Below are positions 51,512-60,005 of a stretch of 64,000 nt of DNA, one piece after another. The notes under the pieces are model-generated. The model saw only the letters and a program-made list of their open reading frames with translations, did no database searches and was not told the DNA's origin. Numbering within the stretch: the first letter of the stretch is position 1; each line of letters starts with the position of its first letter. The stretch comes from an uncultured bacterium (GTDB taxonomy: Bacteria > Chloroflexota > UBA5177 > JANWHV01): positions 1,569,221 through 1,633,220 of the forward strand of contig CAWHAE010000012.1 of assembly GCA_963827235.1 (NCBI GenBank), in the 5' to 3' direction. A program made the position numbers and the translations under genes.

Positions 51512-52624
51512 ATGGCCGGCCAATCACACGCCAGGGACGAACGAGGGAGGCTGCCACGGGCGTCGTCGGCTCCGCCTCTGCTGCGGCATCTCGCCGCCCT
51601 GTCGGAATCCTTCGAGCACGGGAGCGGCCCCGTGTCCTACGTTCATGTCTACGCCGCACCGCGGGCTGAGGACGTCGCGCATTCGCCGCTCGAGTTCATC
51701 CGCGCAGCCGAGAGCGGCACCGAGGGTACTGCCTGTATCGACGACGCGGCTCGCGCGGCGCTGCTCGCCTGCCAGATCGCCGAGCAGATGCCCGCCTCCG
51801 CGGCCCTGCGCTGGGCCCGACGCTGGCTGAGCTTCGTGCTCTACATGCAGGAGAACGACGGGGATTTCGTCAACTTTATTCTCGATCGCACTGGCCGGAA
51901 GAACAGGCGGGGAAGAACCTCGTTTCACGGCGGCCAGTGGTGGACCAGCCGCGCTCTCTGGGCTCTCGCCGCGGCCTGGCGCATCACGGGCGAACAGCGC
52001 TATCGCCGGGCCTTTGACAGCGGGCACCTGAGACGCGCCCCGAGCCTGAAGGTAACGGCGATCCAGGCCTTGGCCCTGATGGAGATCTTCCGCGTCGAGC
52101 CGTCTCCGCGGCTGGAGCGGCGGATCCGCACGCGATGCGACCGCATGCTTGCCGCCGGTCCCTCGTACTTCGCGGACCACGCCGGCTACTCGGCCATCCG
52201 TCCGTGGGGCTACCACCAGCTGCAGGCAATGGCACGAGCCGGGAGACTGTTCTCACGAGTCGACTACCTTGCCGCCTGCGCGCGCGCCGTGCAGCAGGTG
52301 ATAAACCCGCTCATCCAGGCGAAATTCGGCACGCGGGAGCCGTGGCTGCATGAGCCGCGCTGCGCCTACGACATCTCCAGCATCGTGCTCGGCCTGGAAG
52401 AGCTGTACGCATGCACACACCGGGATGTCTACCGTCGCCAGGCGATAGCCTGCGTCGACTGGCTATACGGCGCCAACTCCTCGGGAGCGGCGATCTACGA
52501 TCCGGCCACCGGCAGGTGCGCGGACGGCGTCGTGAATGGCGTCGTCTCGCCGAACTGTGGCGCGGAGTCCGCCATCGAGGCCGGATTCGTCGAGCTGGCG
52601 CGCAGGCGCTTGCTTGCCCACTGA
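51512..52624 (+). CDS. Six-hairpin glycosidase-like (alpha/alpha toroid) protein
   Basis: CIDDAARA, QENDGDFVNF, RALWAL and YDPATGRCADG..NCGAES motifs. Confidence 0.75.
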   Translation: MAGQSHARDERGRLPRASSAPPLLRHLAALSESFEHGSGPVSYVHVYAAPRAEDVAHSPLEFIRAAESGTEGTACIDDAARAALLACQIAEQMPASAALRWARRWLSFVLYMQENDGDFVNFILDRTGRKNRRGRTSFHGGQWWTSRALWALAAAWRITGEQRYRRAFDSGHLRRAPSLKVTAIQALALMEIFRVEPSPRLERRIRTRCDRMLAAGPSYFADHAGYSAIRPWGYHQLQAMARAGRLFSRVDYLAACARAVQQVINPLIQAKFGTREPWLHEPRCAYDISSIVLGLEELYACTHRDVYRRQAIACVDWLYGANSSGAAIYDPATGRCADGVVNGVVSPNCGAESAIEAGFVELARRRLLAH

Positions 52625-52861
52625 CGGCATGCCGCCCGGCTCATTCCCGTGTCCCGGCGCGCGTGGTGCGCCCGGGAGAACGCCGGCACATTCGTTATCT
52701 CGGGGCCGCTGTGCTACGTTGCAGACAGGAGCCGTGCCGGCGGCGCGCTGCCGCCCAATGCCGGGCTCCCGCGTGGCGCCGTCGCGGCCGTGTCGCGAGC
52801 GCCTGCCGTCGCGGCACTTCCACACAGCCACGAGCGAAGATTTCGCGTGCAAGGAGGAGAG

Positions 52862-53278
52862 ATGATCGAGCCAAACGACTTCAACCGGTCAATCATAGAA
52901 GAGTTCCGGGCCAACGGCGGCAAGGTGGGCGGACCATTCGCCGGCGCTACGCTGCTGCTGCTCACCACGACGGGCGCCAAGAGCGGCCGTCGCGGCACCA
53001 CGCCTCTCGTGTGCTCCAAAGACGGCGATCGCCTCGTCATCGCGGCTTCCAAGGCCGGCGCGCCGACCAACCCGGCCTGGTACCACAACCTGCTGGTCAA
53101 TCCCACGGTAACGGTGGAATTCGGCGACCAATCGTTCGACGCCCGCGCGGCCGTGGTAAGCGGCCCCGAGCGAGATCGCCTCTATGCCCAGCACGCCGAG
53201 CAGTTCCCCGGGTTCCTGGAGTACCAGCAAAAGACCACGCGGGTGATCCCCATCGTCACGCTGACGCGTGTGCGCTGA
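52862..53278 (+). CDS. Deazaflavin (F420)-dependent nitroreductase, Ddn family
   Basis: IIEEFRANGG.VGG.F, LLLTTTGAKSG, ASKAGAPTNPAWYHNL and YQQKTTRVIP motifs. Confidence 0.95.
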   Translation: MIEPNDFNRSIIEEFRANGGKVGGPFAGATLLLLTTTGAKSGRRGTTPLVCSKDGDRLVIAASKAGAPTNPAWYHNLLVNPTVTVEFGDQSFDARAAVVSGPERDRLYAQHAEQFPGFLEYQQKTTRVIPIVTLTRVR

Positions 53279-53289
53279 AGCACACCCCG

Positions 53290-53335
53290 GGCGGCTCCTT
53301 CACGCGGAGCTCCTACTCCGCGTGAAGGAGCCGCC
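53290..53335. terminator. Perfect 20-bp hairpin between convergent genes (bidirectional terminator or REP)
   Basis: GGCGGCTCCTTCACGCGGAG-CTCCTA-CTCCGCGTGAAGGAGCCGCC. Confidence 0.7.
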
Positions 53336-53429
53336 GGCCTCGCGCTGCTCAAGCGGCGCTATGCTGGAATTCCGATCGTTCGCCGCTGCAGTGGGCGGCA
53401 CGTGGACGCCCCGTGCAACAGTGCCGTGA

Positions 53430-54227
53430 TCAGTCGCGCGCACCTTGCGGCGCGGCGTGGTTGCTCGAATATCGTCGCATGAAGTCGAAGAACTGCTCGT
53501 GCTGCCGCAGCGAATCGAGCACCAGATCCGCGCCGGTCTGGCGCAGCTGAGGCGAGGAGTAGGCGCCGGTGGCAACCGCCACTACCGGAATGCCGGCCGT
53601 CCTCGCGCACTCCACGTCGCGCGGTGAGTCGCCCACGATGAAGAGCTGATCGAGGCTCACATCGCGCCCCAGCGCCTCCTCTGCGCGGGCCCGGGCGATC
53701 GGTACCAACTCCGCCCGCCTGCGCGCCATGCCGCCGAAGGCGCCGAAAGCAAAGTAGTGCTTGAGCCCGGCGTACTCCATCTTGGTCCAGCCGATGCTCT
53801 CCTCGTTGCCCGTGAGCAGACCGAGAGGCCAGCCCGCGTCGCGCAGTCGCCGCAGGAGGTCGGTGACGCCGTCGAGCACGACATACTCAGCTTCCTCCTT
53901 ATGCGCGGCGTAGTACTCCGACGTCGCGGCCAGCGCCTGGCCCATGCCGGCCTGAGCCTGCGCCTCGCTGCCGCCGTTGTGCAGGACGAGCTCGACCAGG
54001 ATCTGGGTGTCGATCATACCGTGCGTGCCCGTCTGCAGCGGCCGCGGCTCCGCGATGCCGTAGACGGTACGCAGCGCGTGGAGGAAGGCCTGCCGATGCA
54101 CGAGGTTGCCGCCCGCGAGCAACGTGCCGTCGATGTCGAACAAGGGGATGCTGCCGGCTTGGGGGCCTTCGCGGCCGAGCGTGTCTTCTCGTATCACAAT
54201 CGATCCATTCAACGCTGCCGGTTGCAT
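53430..54227 (-). CDS. HAD-family hydrolase
   Basis: LFDIDGTL, LLTGN, FGAFG and VGDSPRD motifs; start uncertain. Confidence 0.92.
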   Translation of the reverse strand: MQPAALNGSIVIREDTLGREGPQAGSIPLFDIDGTLLAGGNLVHRQAFLHALRTVYGIAEPRPLQTGTHGMIDTQILVELVLHNGGSEAQAQAGMGQALAATSEYYAAHKEEAEYVVLDGVTDLLRRLRDAGWPLGLLTGNEESIGWTKMEYAGLKHYFAFGAFGGMARRRAELVPIARARAEEALGRDVSLDQLFIVGDSPRDVECARTAGIPVVAVATGAYSSPQLRQTGADLVLDSLRQHEQFFDFMRRYSSNHAAPQGARD

Positions 54228-54304
54228 CGCGCAGGATGAAGAGCGTCTTCAGTCGAGCCTGCGCGGCGGCAGTCACGTGCACCATCACATATTTGCCGAA
54301 GAAG

Positions 54305-54356
54305 TGTCAACGATTTGACATTGACAGCTAGAAGTTTTGTTCTAGAATAATCTAGC
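54305..54356 (+). promoter_or_regulatory. Sigma70-type promoter with overlapping operators
   Basis: TTGACA (54321)-16 nt-TAGAAT (54343); TGTCAA-N4-TTGACA palindrome; AGAAG-TTTT-GTTCT (one mismatch to the AGAAC-N4-GTTCT LexA box). Confidence 0.7.
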
Positions 54357-54404
54357 AAGGATGTACTAAGTAGCGAGCGGTGCGGAGGCCGAGGAGTGGG
54401 AGCC

Positions 54405-54941
54405 ATGCACGAGGACGCGATCATCACGGAAGTGGCGCGCCGAATGGGCGTGCCGGAAGAACGGTTGCGCGCGCGAGACCGTACTCCACAGGTGGCTGCG
54501 GCCAGACACGCCGCTTTCTGGGCACTGAACCGGGCAGGACTCAATCCGGCGCAGATCGCGCGCTACCTCGGTCTCAACCATTCCACCGTCGTCCACGGCT
54601 TGCTGCGCGCCGAGCAGCATCCGGAGTGGCGCGCCCTGGTCGCGCCCGCCGTTCAGCAGGTAAGCGCCGGTGGGGAACGGGAGGCGGCCAAGCTCTGGCT
54701 GACGCGCGAGCTGCGCAGCGCACCGCTGCTCGAGCGGCGGTCGATCAGCGACTACGTCACCTGCACCATTCTCGGCTGGGAGCGCCATTCCGGCAGCTCC
54801 TGCGCGTATGGGCTGTGGCTGGTGCTTCGCCGGCCCTGGTACCGGGCCGCCGTGGAGACGGCGCTCCGCCATGCCGGTCTGGAGCATGAGATAGGGCGCA
54901 TCGACCTGCACGCCTCTCGTCTGGGTTACCGCGCCGGCTGA
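54405..54941 (+). CDS. Stand-alone DnaA domain IV (Bac_DnaA_C-like HTH) protein with unknown C-terminal domain
   Basis: II.EVA...GV....L.ARDRT..VAAARH.A.W...AGL....IARYLGLNHSTVVHG matches the DnaA domain IV signature. Confidence 0.8.
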   Translation: MHEDAIITEVARRMGVPEERLRARDRTPQVAAARHAAFWALNRAGLNPAQIARYLGLNHSTVVHGLLRAEQHPEWRALVAPAVQQVSAGGEREAAKLWLTRELRSAPLLERRSISDYVTCTILGWERHSGSSCAYGLWLVLRRPWYRAAVETALRHAGLEHEIGRIDLHASRLGYRAG

Positions 54942-55029
54942 CGAGCAGTTGAGCCTGCAGCGCTCCTCCAGGCAGAAAGTGATGAGCGGCATGGCAGCAG
55001 TCCGGTTGTGACCGGGCCTCTCGATGACT

Positions 55030-55052
55030 GTAATGACTAGTATAGTCATTAC
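55030..55052. promoter_or_regulatory. Perfect palindrome, probable toxin-antitoxin operator
   Basis: GTAATGACTA-GTA-TAGTCATTAC just upstream of a TA remnant. Confidence 0.65.
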
Positions 55053-55074
55053 TTTCCGAGGGGACGCCGGCGAC

Positions 55075-55221
55075 ATGGATGCATGGACGGTCGCCGATTC
55101 GGTGATGGATGCTTTCATCGCCGCGACGGCACGGAGCCACGATCTGGCACTCGTTACGCGCAAGGTGCCGGACTTTGCGCCGTCCCTGCAGTCCCTCATC
55201 AACCCATGGAGCCAGACCTGA
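55075..55221 (+). pseudogene. Deleted Phd/VapC TA module remnant
   Basis: MDAWTVA (Phd-like start) fused to the PIN C-terminus MDAFIAATARSHDLALVTR..DF....INPW. Confidence 0.65.
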
Positions 55222-55387
55222 AGCGGCACCACGTCGCGATCCGCTACCGCTGCATTCGCCAGTAGCCTGGCTCGACCGGCCGTATCTCCTCCTTAACTGA
55301 ACCGTATTCGGCTGTGATTATCGTCGCCTGCCGCCGGCTTCTCGAGCTGGTCCCGGCAAACAGCACGCCGCCGGAGACGGAAGATGC

Positions 55388-56371
55388 TCACCACAGATGA
55401 TGCACCTGGCTGCGGATATCGCGGTCGTAGATCGCCTGCACCGCTTTCATAGTCTCCTCGCTCAGCGGTGCCAGGTCCGCGGCCCGCGCGTTGGCCTCCG
55501 CCTGCTCGGGCGTCTTGGCGCCGGGAATGGCGCAGGTGACGGCGTCGAACATCAGAATCCAGCGCAGTGCCAGCTGGGCCAGTGTAGCACCCGCCGGCAC
55601 GTACCGCTTCAGCTCGTCGGCCGCCCGCAGTCCGGTCTCGAAGTCCACGCCGGAGAACGTCTCGCCCCGGTCGAACTGCTCGCCGTGGCGATTGGTGATC
55701 CGGTGGTCGTCGGCGTCGAAGTGCCGATCGCGCGTCATCGTGCCGCTGAGCAGCCCACTGGCGAGGGGAACACGGGCCAGGATGCCCACGTCCTGCTGCT
55801 TGGCCAGGGGAAACACCTGCTCGGCGGGCTTCAGGCGGAACATGTTGAAGATGATCTGGATCGTGGCCACGCCGGGATAGCGCATGGCCGCCACGGCCTC
55901 CTCGGTCGTCTCCACGCTGACGCCGTAGTTCCGGATCTTGCCGTCGCGCTTGAGATCGTCCAGGGCAGCGAACACCGCCGCGTTGTCGTACACGGGACGC
56001 GGCGGGCAGTGTAGCTGCACGAGGTCCAGCGCGTCCACGTCCAGGTTGCGCAAAGATCGCTCGACAAAGGCGGTGAGATTGGCCTTGTTGTACCCCTCTG
56101 CCGTGTGCGGGTCGAGCCGTCTACCGGCTTTGGTAGCCACGAAGATATGCTCGGAGCGCTCCTTCAGCAACCGTGCGACCAGCCGCTCGCTGCGGCCGTC
56201 GCCGTAGACGTCCGCCGTATCCACGAAGTTTACACCCACGTCGACCGCCCGTCGCAGCGCCGCCAGCGAGGTCTGATCGTCGACCTCGCCCCAGGAGCCG
56301 CCAATCGCCCAGGCGCCAAAGCTGACCGTCGAAACCTCGAAGCCCGTCTTGCCCAGCTTCCGATACTGCAT
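55388..56371 (-). CDS. Aldo/keto reductase
   Basis: FGAWAIGG, DTADVYG.GRSE, LVQLH, VPLASGLL and IPGAK motifs. Confidence 0.96.
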   Translation of the reverse strand: MQYRKLGKTGFEVSTVSFGAWAIGGSWGEVDDQTSLAALRRAVDVGVNFVDTADVYGDGRSERLVARLLKERSEHIFVATKAGRRLDPHTAEGYNKANLTAFVERSLRNLDVDALDLVQLHCPPRPVYDNAAVFAALDDLKRDGKIRNYGVSVETTEEAVAAMRYPGVATIQIIFNMFRLKPAEQVFPLAKQQDVGILARVPLASGLLSGTMTRDRHFDADDHRITNRHGEQFDRGETFSGVDFETGLRAADELKRYVPAGATLAQLALRWILMFDAVTCAIPGAKTPEQAEANARAADLAPLSEETMKAVQAIYDRDIRSQVHHLW

Positions 56372-56568
56372 GCTCTTCACCTCCACTCTCCAGTCTACGT
56401 GTTGCGGCGTATGCCGGCTGGAAACGCCACCGCATCGTCGTCAGGCAGCAGGGCCAGGTGCGCGCGTTCGTCTGCATGGTTCCGGTACAGCCCTCGTGCC
56501 GGCCGCCCGGGGGCGGCTAGGCTTGCCGTGCCTGCACCACCCGCGATTGGCGCTATTGCACCGGGGCC

Positions 56569-57600
56569 TCAAGCACTGAACGCGGCACGGGCCTCGGCCA
56601 CACGCGCGAACAGGGCCGGCACACTCTCTGCCTCCTGTTCTTCCAAGGCAAGAAAGGCGCACAGTGCCCCGTGCCGCCGGCGCCACGCCGGGTCGTCGAA
56701 CGCTCGTTCCCGGCCCGGCACCGCGCGCACACAAATCGGCACGCACAGGCGGTGGACGGTGAGCACGCTGTCGTGAATGCCCCACGCGAAGCCACCGTCG
56801 ACGGCAAAGCGGAAGAAGTCGCGCGCTCCCGGCCCCCAGACGTCCACGGCGAGCTCGAGGTCATCCCGGCACGCCGCCAGGAGATCCCTGGCAGACCGGG
56901 CCGACTCGCGCAGAGCGTATACCTGCCGGAACAACACGTAGAAGCCCGGCTGGCCAAGACGCCGGCAGTGCGCGCGCAGCAGGGCGTCCGTGCGCGTCTG
57001 GCTGCGAGGCAGGATGCCGTGTTTCCAGTAGAAGGCAAGGATGAGGCTGTTGAAAGCATCGCGCAGACCGGCGAGCGCGGAGAGCGGGTACCCGGTCTGC
57101 AGATCTTGCCGGCCGCGGGCAAACAGATCATCGAACCGGCCAAGCTCGATCTCGAGCTTGGCAGCCAGGGTTTCGGGCCGAAACAGGGTCGCGTCGAAGA
57201 TCTCCTTGAAAGGTCCGAGCACGCCTGCCTCGTCGCAGACAATCCGGCACTGGTAGAGCTGTATCGGCCAGTGCAGTACCACCCTGGGATCGGATCGTGC
57301 CAGGTCGAGCTGCTCACGCCAGTCCGCCTCGACGAGCTGGAACACCTCGAAGCCGCATTGGTCCTGGACATTGAAGTGACCGAGATCGGGGATGTGATCC
57401 GTCACCACGATGCCCAGCTCGACGTCCGAGTGCCGCCACTCCATGCCCCGCGCCAGGCTGCCGCCGATGGCGATGCCTCGCACCTGCGGCCGCTCCAGGA
57501 GCTGCCCGCAGATGTGACGGGCGAGCTGGTGCAGCTGCCGTTTCCAGTGCACGCGGGCAGCGGGCCGGCCGGACCTGCCGGCCGGCGCGGCTGATTCCAT
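56569..57600 (-). CDS. Nucleotidyltransferase-domain protein with helical C-terminal domain
   Basis: IAIGGSLARG..WRHSDVEL (GS..D-x-acidic) Pol-beta-like motif. Confidence 0.75.
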   Translation of the reverse strand: MESAAPAGRSGRPAARVHWKRQLHQLARHICGQLLERPQVRGIAIGGSLARGMEWRHSDVELGIVVTDHIPDLGHFNVQDQCGFEVFQLVEADWREQLDLARSDPRVVLHWPIQLYQCRIVCDEAGVLGPFKEIFDATLFRPETLAAKLEIELGRFDDLFARGRQDLQTGYPLSALAGLRDAFNSLILAFYWKHGILPRSQTRTDALLRAHCRRLGQPGFYVLFRQVYALRESARSARDLLAACRDDLELAVDVWGPGARDFFRFAVDGGFAWGIHDSVLTVHRLCVPICVRAVPGRERAFDDPAWRRRHGALCAFLALEEQEAESVPALFARVAEARAAFSA

Positions 57601-57838
57601 ACTGCCGAGCCATTCTCCGCGGGTCGATCCACCGGCCGTGTCGATTGTCCGCTACCGGTGGTCCGTCGTACTCTGAGCGCCGGGACAAGAGTCCGGCTGC
57701 AGTGTATTCTGCTTCCTATTCGATAGGCTCGTCAATTGTGCGATGCCCGGGCCGTTCAACCCCCGGCAGACGCTCGGGGATGCCAGCGGCCGGGTGCTTC
57801 CCGCCACACAACCCGGGGCTGGCCACCGCGCTCCGGCC

Positions 57839-57951
57839 CCGTTGCGGAATTGCAACGGTTTGGTCGGGCATTACGTCAGCCGCTGTATGATTATGCATAC
57901 GTGGGTTGCCGTCGCGCGGGCATTGACGAAATTGCAACGAGGGGCTATGCT
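57839..57951 (+). promoter_or_regulatory. Promoter of XRE/rep operon with two operator copies
   Basis: TTGACG (57923)-17 nt-TATGCT (57946); palindrome CCGTTGC-N6-GCAACGG (57839-57858) and a degenerate copy overlapping the -35 (57921-57940). Confidence 0.7.
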
Positions 57952-57985
57952 ACTGCGCAATGGGGCAAAGCCTGGGGGAGGGCGG

Positions 57986-58384
57986 ATGCACGAGGGATCG
58001 GAGTCCTTTGGCACCTTGCTGCAGGACTTCCGGGCGAGGCTTGGCATAACCCAGAACGCCCTGGCACGAGTGGCGGACGTGAACGTCGGTACCGTCAACC
58101 GGCTCGAGCACGATCAGCGTTCGCCTGCCGGCCGGGAGCAGGCCCTGGCTCTAGCGGGCGCGCTCGGCCTGGACATGGCAGAGACCAATCGCCTGCTCGC
58201 CGCCGCGGGGCTGCCCGCCGAAGGCTTTGGTCCGGCGATCACGGGAGATCCCCGCATGTGCCAACTGGCACTGCTGCTGCAGGATCGCTCCGTCGCCCCG
58301 GCGGTACGGGCGGCGCTGATCGGCCTGATCGAGCATGCCGTGCTCCTGGCCACGCACGGTCGCGACGGCACGGCCGGAGGCTGA
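57986..58384 (+). CDS. XRE-family HTH regulator
   Basis: FGTLLQDFRARLGITQNALAR....GTVNRLE...RSP; LLAAAG motif. Confidence 0.9.
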   Translation: MHEGSESFGTLLQDFRARLGITQNALARVADVNVGTVNRLEHDQRSPAGREQALALAGALGLDMAETNRLLAAAGLPAEGFGPAITGDPRMCQLALLLQDRSVAPAVRAALIGLIEHAVLLATHGRDGTAGG

Positions 58385-58385
58385 C

Positions 58386-59297
58386 GTGTCACGGGACGAC
58401 GACTTCTCCTCCGGACCGTACGACCTGAGCTCGCCGCCCGACTGGACTAGCTTCCCCGGACTGTATCCCCCTCTCTACACGCAGACGCCGGACGTGTTCT
58501 TCGACTGGGTGGCACCGTTCTTGCCGGAGATCGAGCTTCGCGTCTTGCTCTACCTGATCCGCCGCACGCTCGGCTTCAAGAAGCAGGGAGACCAGATAAC
58601 GATCGATCAGATCGGCGGAGGCATCGTCACCCGCGAAGGCACGAGACTGGACTGGGGTGCCCAGCTCGGCGAGCGCAGCGTGCAGCGGGCCCTTTCCGGT
58701 CTGGAAGCCAAGGGACTGATCGAGCGGCACAAGCAGCTCGACCCCGATCGCGGCTGGCGGCCGAGCTACATCCGGCTCCGGCTCTGCGACCAGTCGGGAC
58801 AGGACTGGCAGACCCGGCCTCGCCAATCGGGCCCACCCGTCTCCGCGGTCGCCAGGGAGGTGTCCGGCCGGTCACCAGCCCCCCGTCGGGCCAGACACCA
58901 GGCTGGTGTCTCTCCGGCCACGGCCTCCCCTCAGACGGCAGATGTCGGCATGGACACCTACAAGAAAGAAAGATCTCAACAAACAGAGAAGCAAGAAACA
59001 GGGTCGCTTTCCCTCAGGCAGGAAAGAGACGGTCTGTCCCACGACGACCTGGCCAGGTCGTCGTGGGACATGGTAAAGAGCGAGCTCTCTGCCATCCTGG
59101 CACCCTCGGTCTATCAGAACCGCGTCGCCCCGACGCACCAAGCCACCGGCACCGCCGGCGAGATCCTCGTGCTCTGCCCGGACGACGCCACCAGTCGCTG
59201 GCTGGAACGGCAGCTCGGCCGCACGATCCGCGAGATTGCGGGCACGCTCCCCGGCGGGGCCCAGCCCATTCGCTTCACGGCGGAGACGCGGGAGTAG
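58386..59297 (+). CDS. Phage-O-like wHTH replication initiator with C-terminal DnaA domain I-like region
   Basis: GGAGG RBS and GTG start; YTQTPDVFFD..ELRVLLYLIRRTLGFKK.GD.I..Q...GIVTREG..LD.G; C-terminus WDMVKSEL....SVYQNRVAP....EILV..PD....WLE....I......IRF. Confidence 0.75.
   Translation: MSRDDDFSSGPYDLSSPPDWTSFPGLYPPLYTQTPDVFFDWVAPFLPEIELRVLLYLIRRTLGFKKQGDQITIDQIGGGIVTREGTRLDWGAQLGERSVQRALSGLEAKGLIERHKQLDPDRGWRPSYIRLRLCDQSGQDWQTRPRQSGPPVSAVAREVSGRSPAPRRARHQAGVSPATASPQTADVGMDTYKKERSQQTEKQETGSLSLRQERDGLSHDDLARSSWDMVKSELSAILAPSVYQNRVAPTHQATGTAGEILVLCPDDATSRWLERQLGRTIREIAGTLPGGAQPIRFTAETRE
58790..59000. repeat. Iteron-like GTC-N6-G(A/T)CACC repeats with 23-bp period, followed by an A-rich tract
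   Basis: GTC cores at 58839, 58862, 58885 and 58908 (exact 23-bp steps), plus 58793 and 58944; A-rich run 58959-59000. Confidence 0.6.
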
Positions 59298-59744
59298 CGC
59301 CGGCCGGCGCAGCCTGCCCGGCACCGTCCGCCGCCAGGGCGAGTCTGGGGCAGCCGGGCATGCGCCGTAGCCGGGGGAGAGCCAACCACGAGGCAACGTT
59401 CGTGGCCAGCGTTATACTAGATAGCCACTCGATGGAAATGTCTATAGTTTAGATTGTTCTACACACTAATAGCTTGGGATAGAGATAGTGCCACGTTGAT
59501 CCGTTCATCGCGGGCCTGGGTGGACGCCAACGGCAACGCCCGGCGCGCACATGGCGGTGGCTCGTCCGCAGCATGGTACCCGGAGCGTGCGGCTGCTCGT
59601 CGCGACCGTGCGCCGGGCGGCGACCATTCTCGTCGCGCTGGGCACGGGCGACGCCGTTTCGTACGAGGGCAGGGCAGTCATGCTCGCTCATCCGCGCTCT
59701 GTAGTCCGGTGGGCCATGTTAGTGCGCGAAATCTACACGGCACG

Positions 59745-59886
59745 CGTGGACAAGCCTCTCCAGACCTGTCGATAACTCGCCAGTCTCTGTGGACAAACAC
59801 GGGACAAGTCCGCACCAACCGCCGTGAAACACAGACCTTACTCGAGATGCACTCCAGGCACTGCCTTCGTCAGGGGTTGTGGACAA
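59745..59886. promoter_or_regulatory. Cluster of four co-oriented DnaA boxes
   Basis: CGTGGACAA (59745), TGTCGATAA (59767), TGTGGACAA (59788) and TGTGGACAA (59878); reverse complement matches TT(A/G)TCCACA. Confidence 0.75.
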
Positions 59887-60005
59887 CTGCCTGGGAACGG
59901 GCCCCTGACCCCCCGCAAAACAGGTTACCCGCCGTTGCGCTGACCCCTAGCCGGGTGCTACTGTAGCCCAATCACGCGGCAGCCACGCAGCGAAAGGACC
60001 ACCCA

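Noticed and set aside
59454-59966. ORFs of 170 aa and 74 aa in the rep-dnaA gap
   Set aside because: No RBS or recognisable motifs, and they overlap the DnaA-box cluster; treated as non-coding, though a small gene cannot be excluded
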